13,568 bases of DNA. Source: an uncultured bacterium (GTDB taxonomy: Bacteria; Abyssobacteria; SURF-5). The translations under genes were made by a program, and so were the position numbers. This document shows, in pieces, positions 13,561-13,568 of this stretch. The DNA is taken from the NCBI GenBank assembly GCA_964510165.1, contig CAZEBC010000020.1:1-13568 (forward strand). The letters are read 5' to 3'. Within the stretch, counting starts at the first letter, position 1, and every line of letters begins with the position of its first letter. The notes under the pieces are model-generated. The model saw nothing but the letters and a program-made list of their open reading frames with translations. It was not told where the DNA came from and made no database searches.

Positions 13561-13568
13561 AAAGTGCC

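Overview
Bacterial chromosomal window with 12 likely protein genes. In order: the C-terminal phosphohistidine domain of a PEP-utilising/rifampin-phosphotransferase-like enzyme (partial); a B12-binding radical SAM enzyme; a co-oriented block with a structured ~210-nt leader, a receiver domain lacking its phosphoacceptor Asp, an 8-Cys small protein, an AT-rich orphan and a sigma-54 (rpoN) outside its usual lptB/hpf context; a 725-bp convergent intergenic region holding several different GTAG-type REP hairpins and 9/10-mer repeats; a Tat-exported sulfatase divergent from a LysR regulator with a TAA at codon 6; an MntA/HepT toxin-antitoxin pair; a frameshifted Cys/His hypothetical gene; a second short-repeat cluster; a secreted VIT-vWA protein with C-terminal ankyrin repeats; and an acetoacetate-decarboxylase-family gene behind a good sigma-54 -24/-12 promoter. 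The best candidates for something new are the leader/pseudo-receiver/Cys-protein/rpoN module and the mixed repeat clusters. Several oddities are single-base changes, so read-level checks are needed to exclude sequence error.
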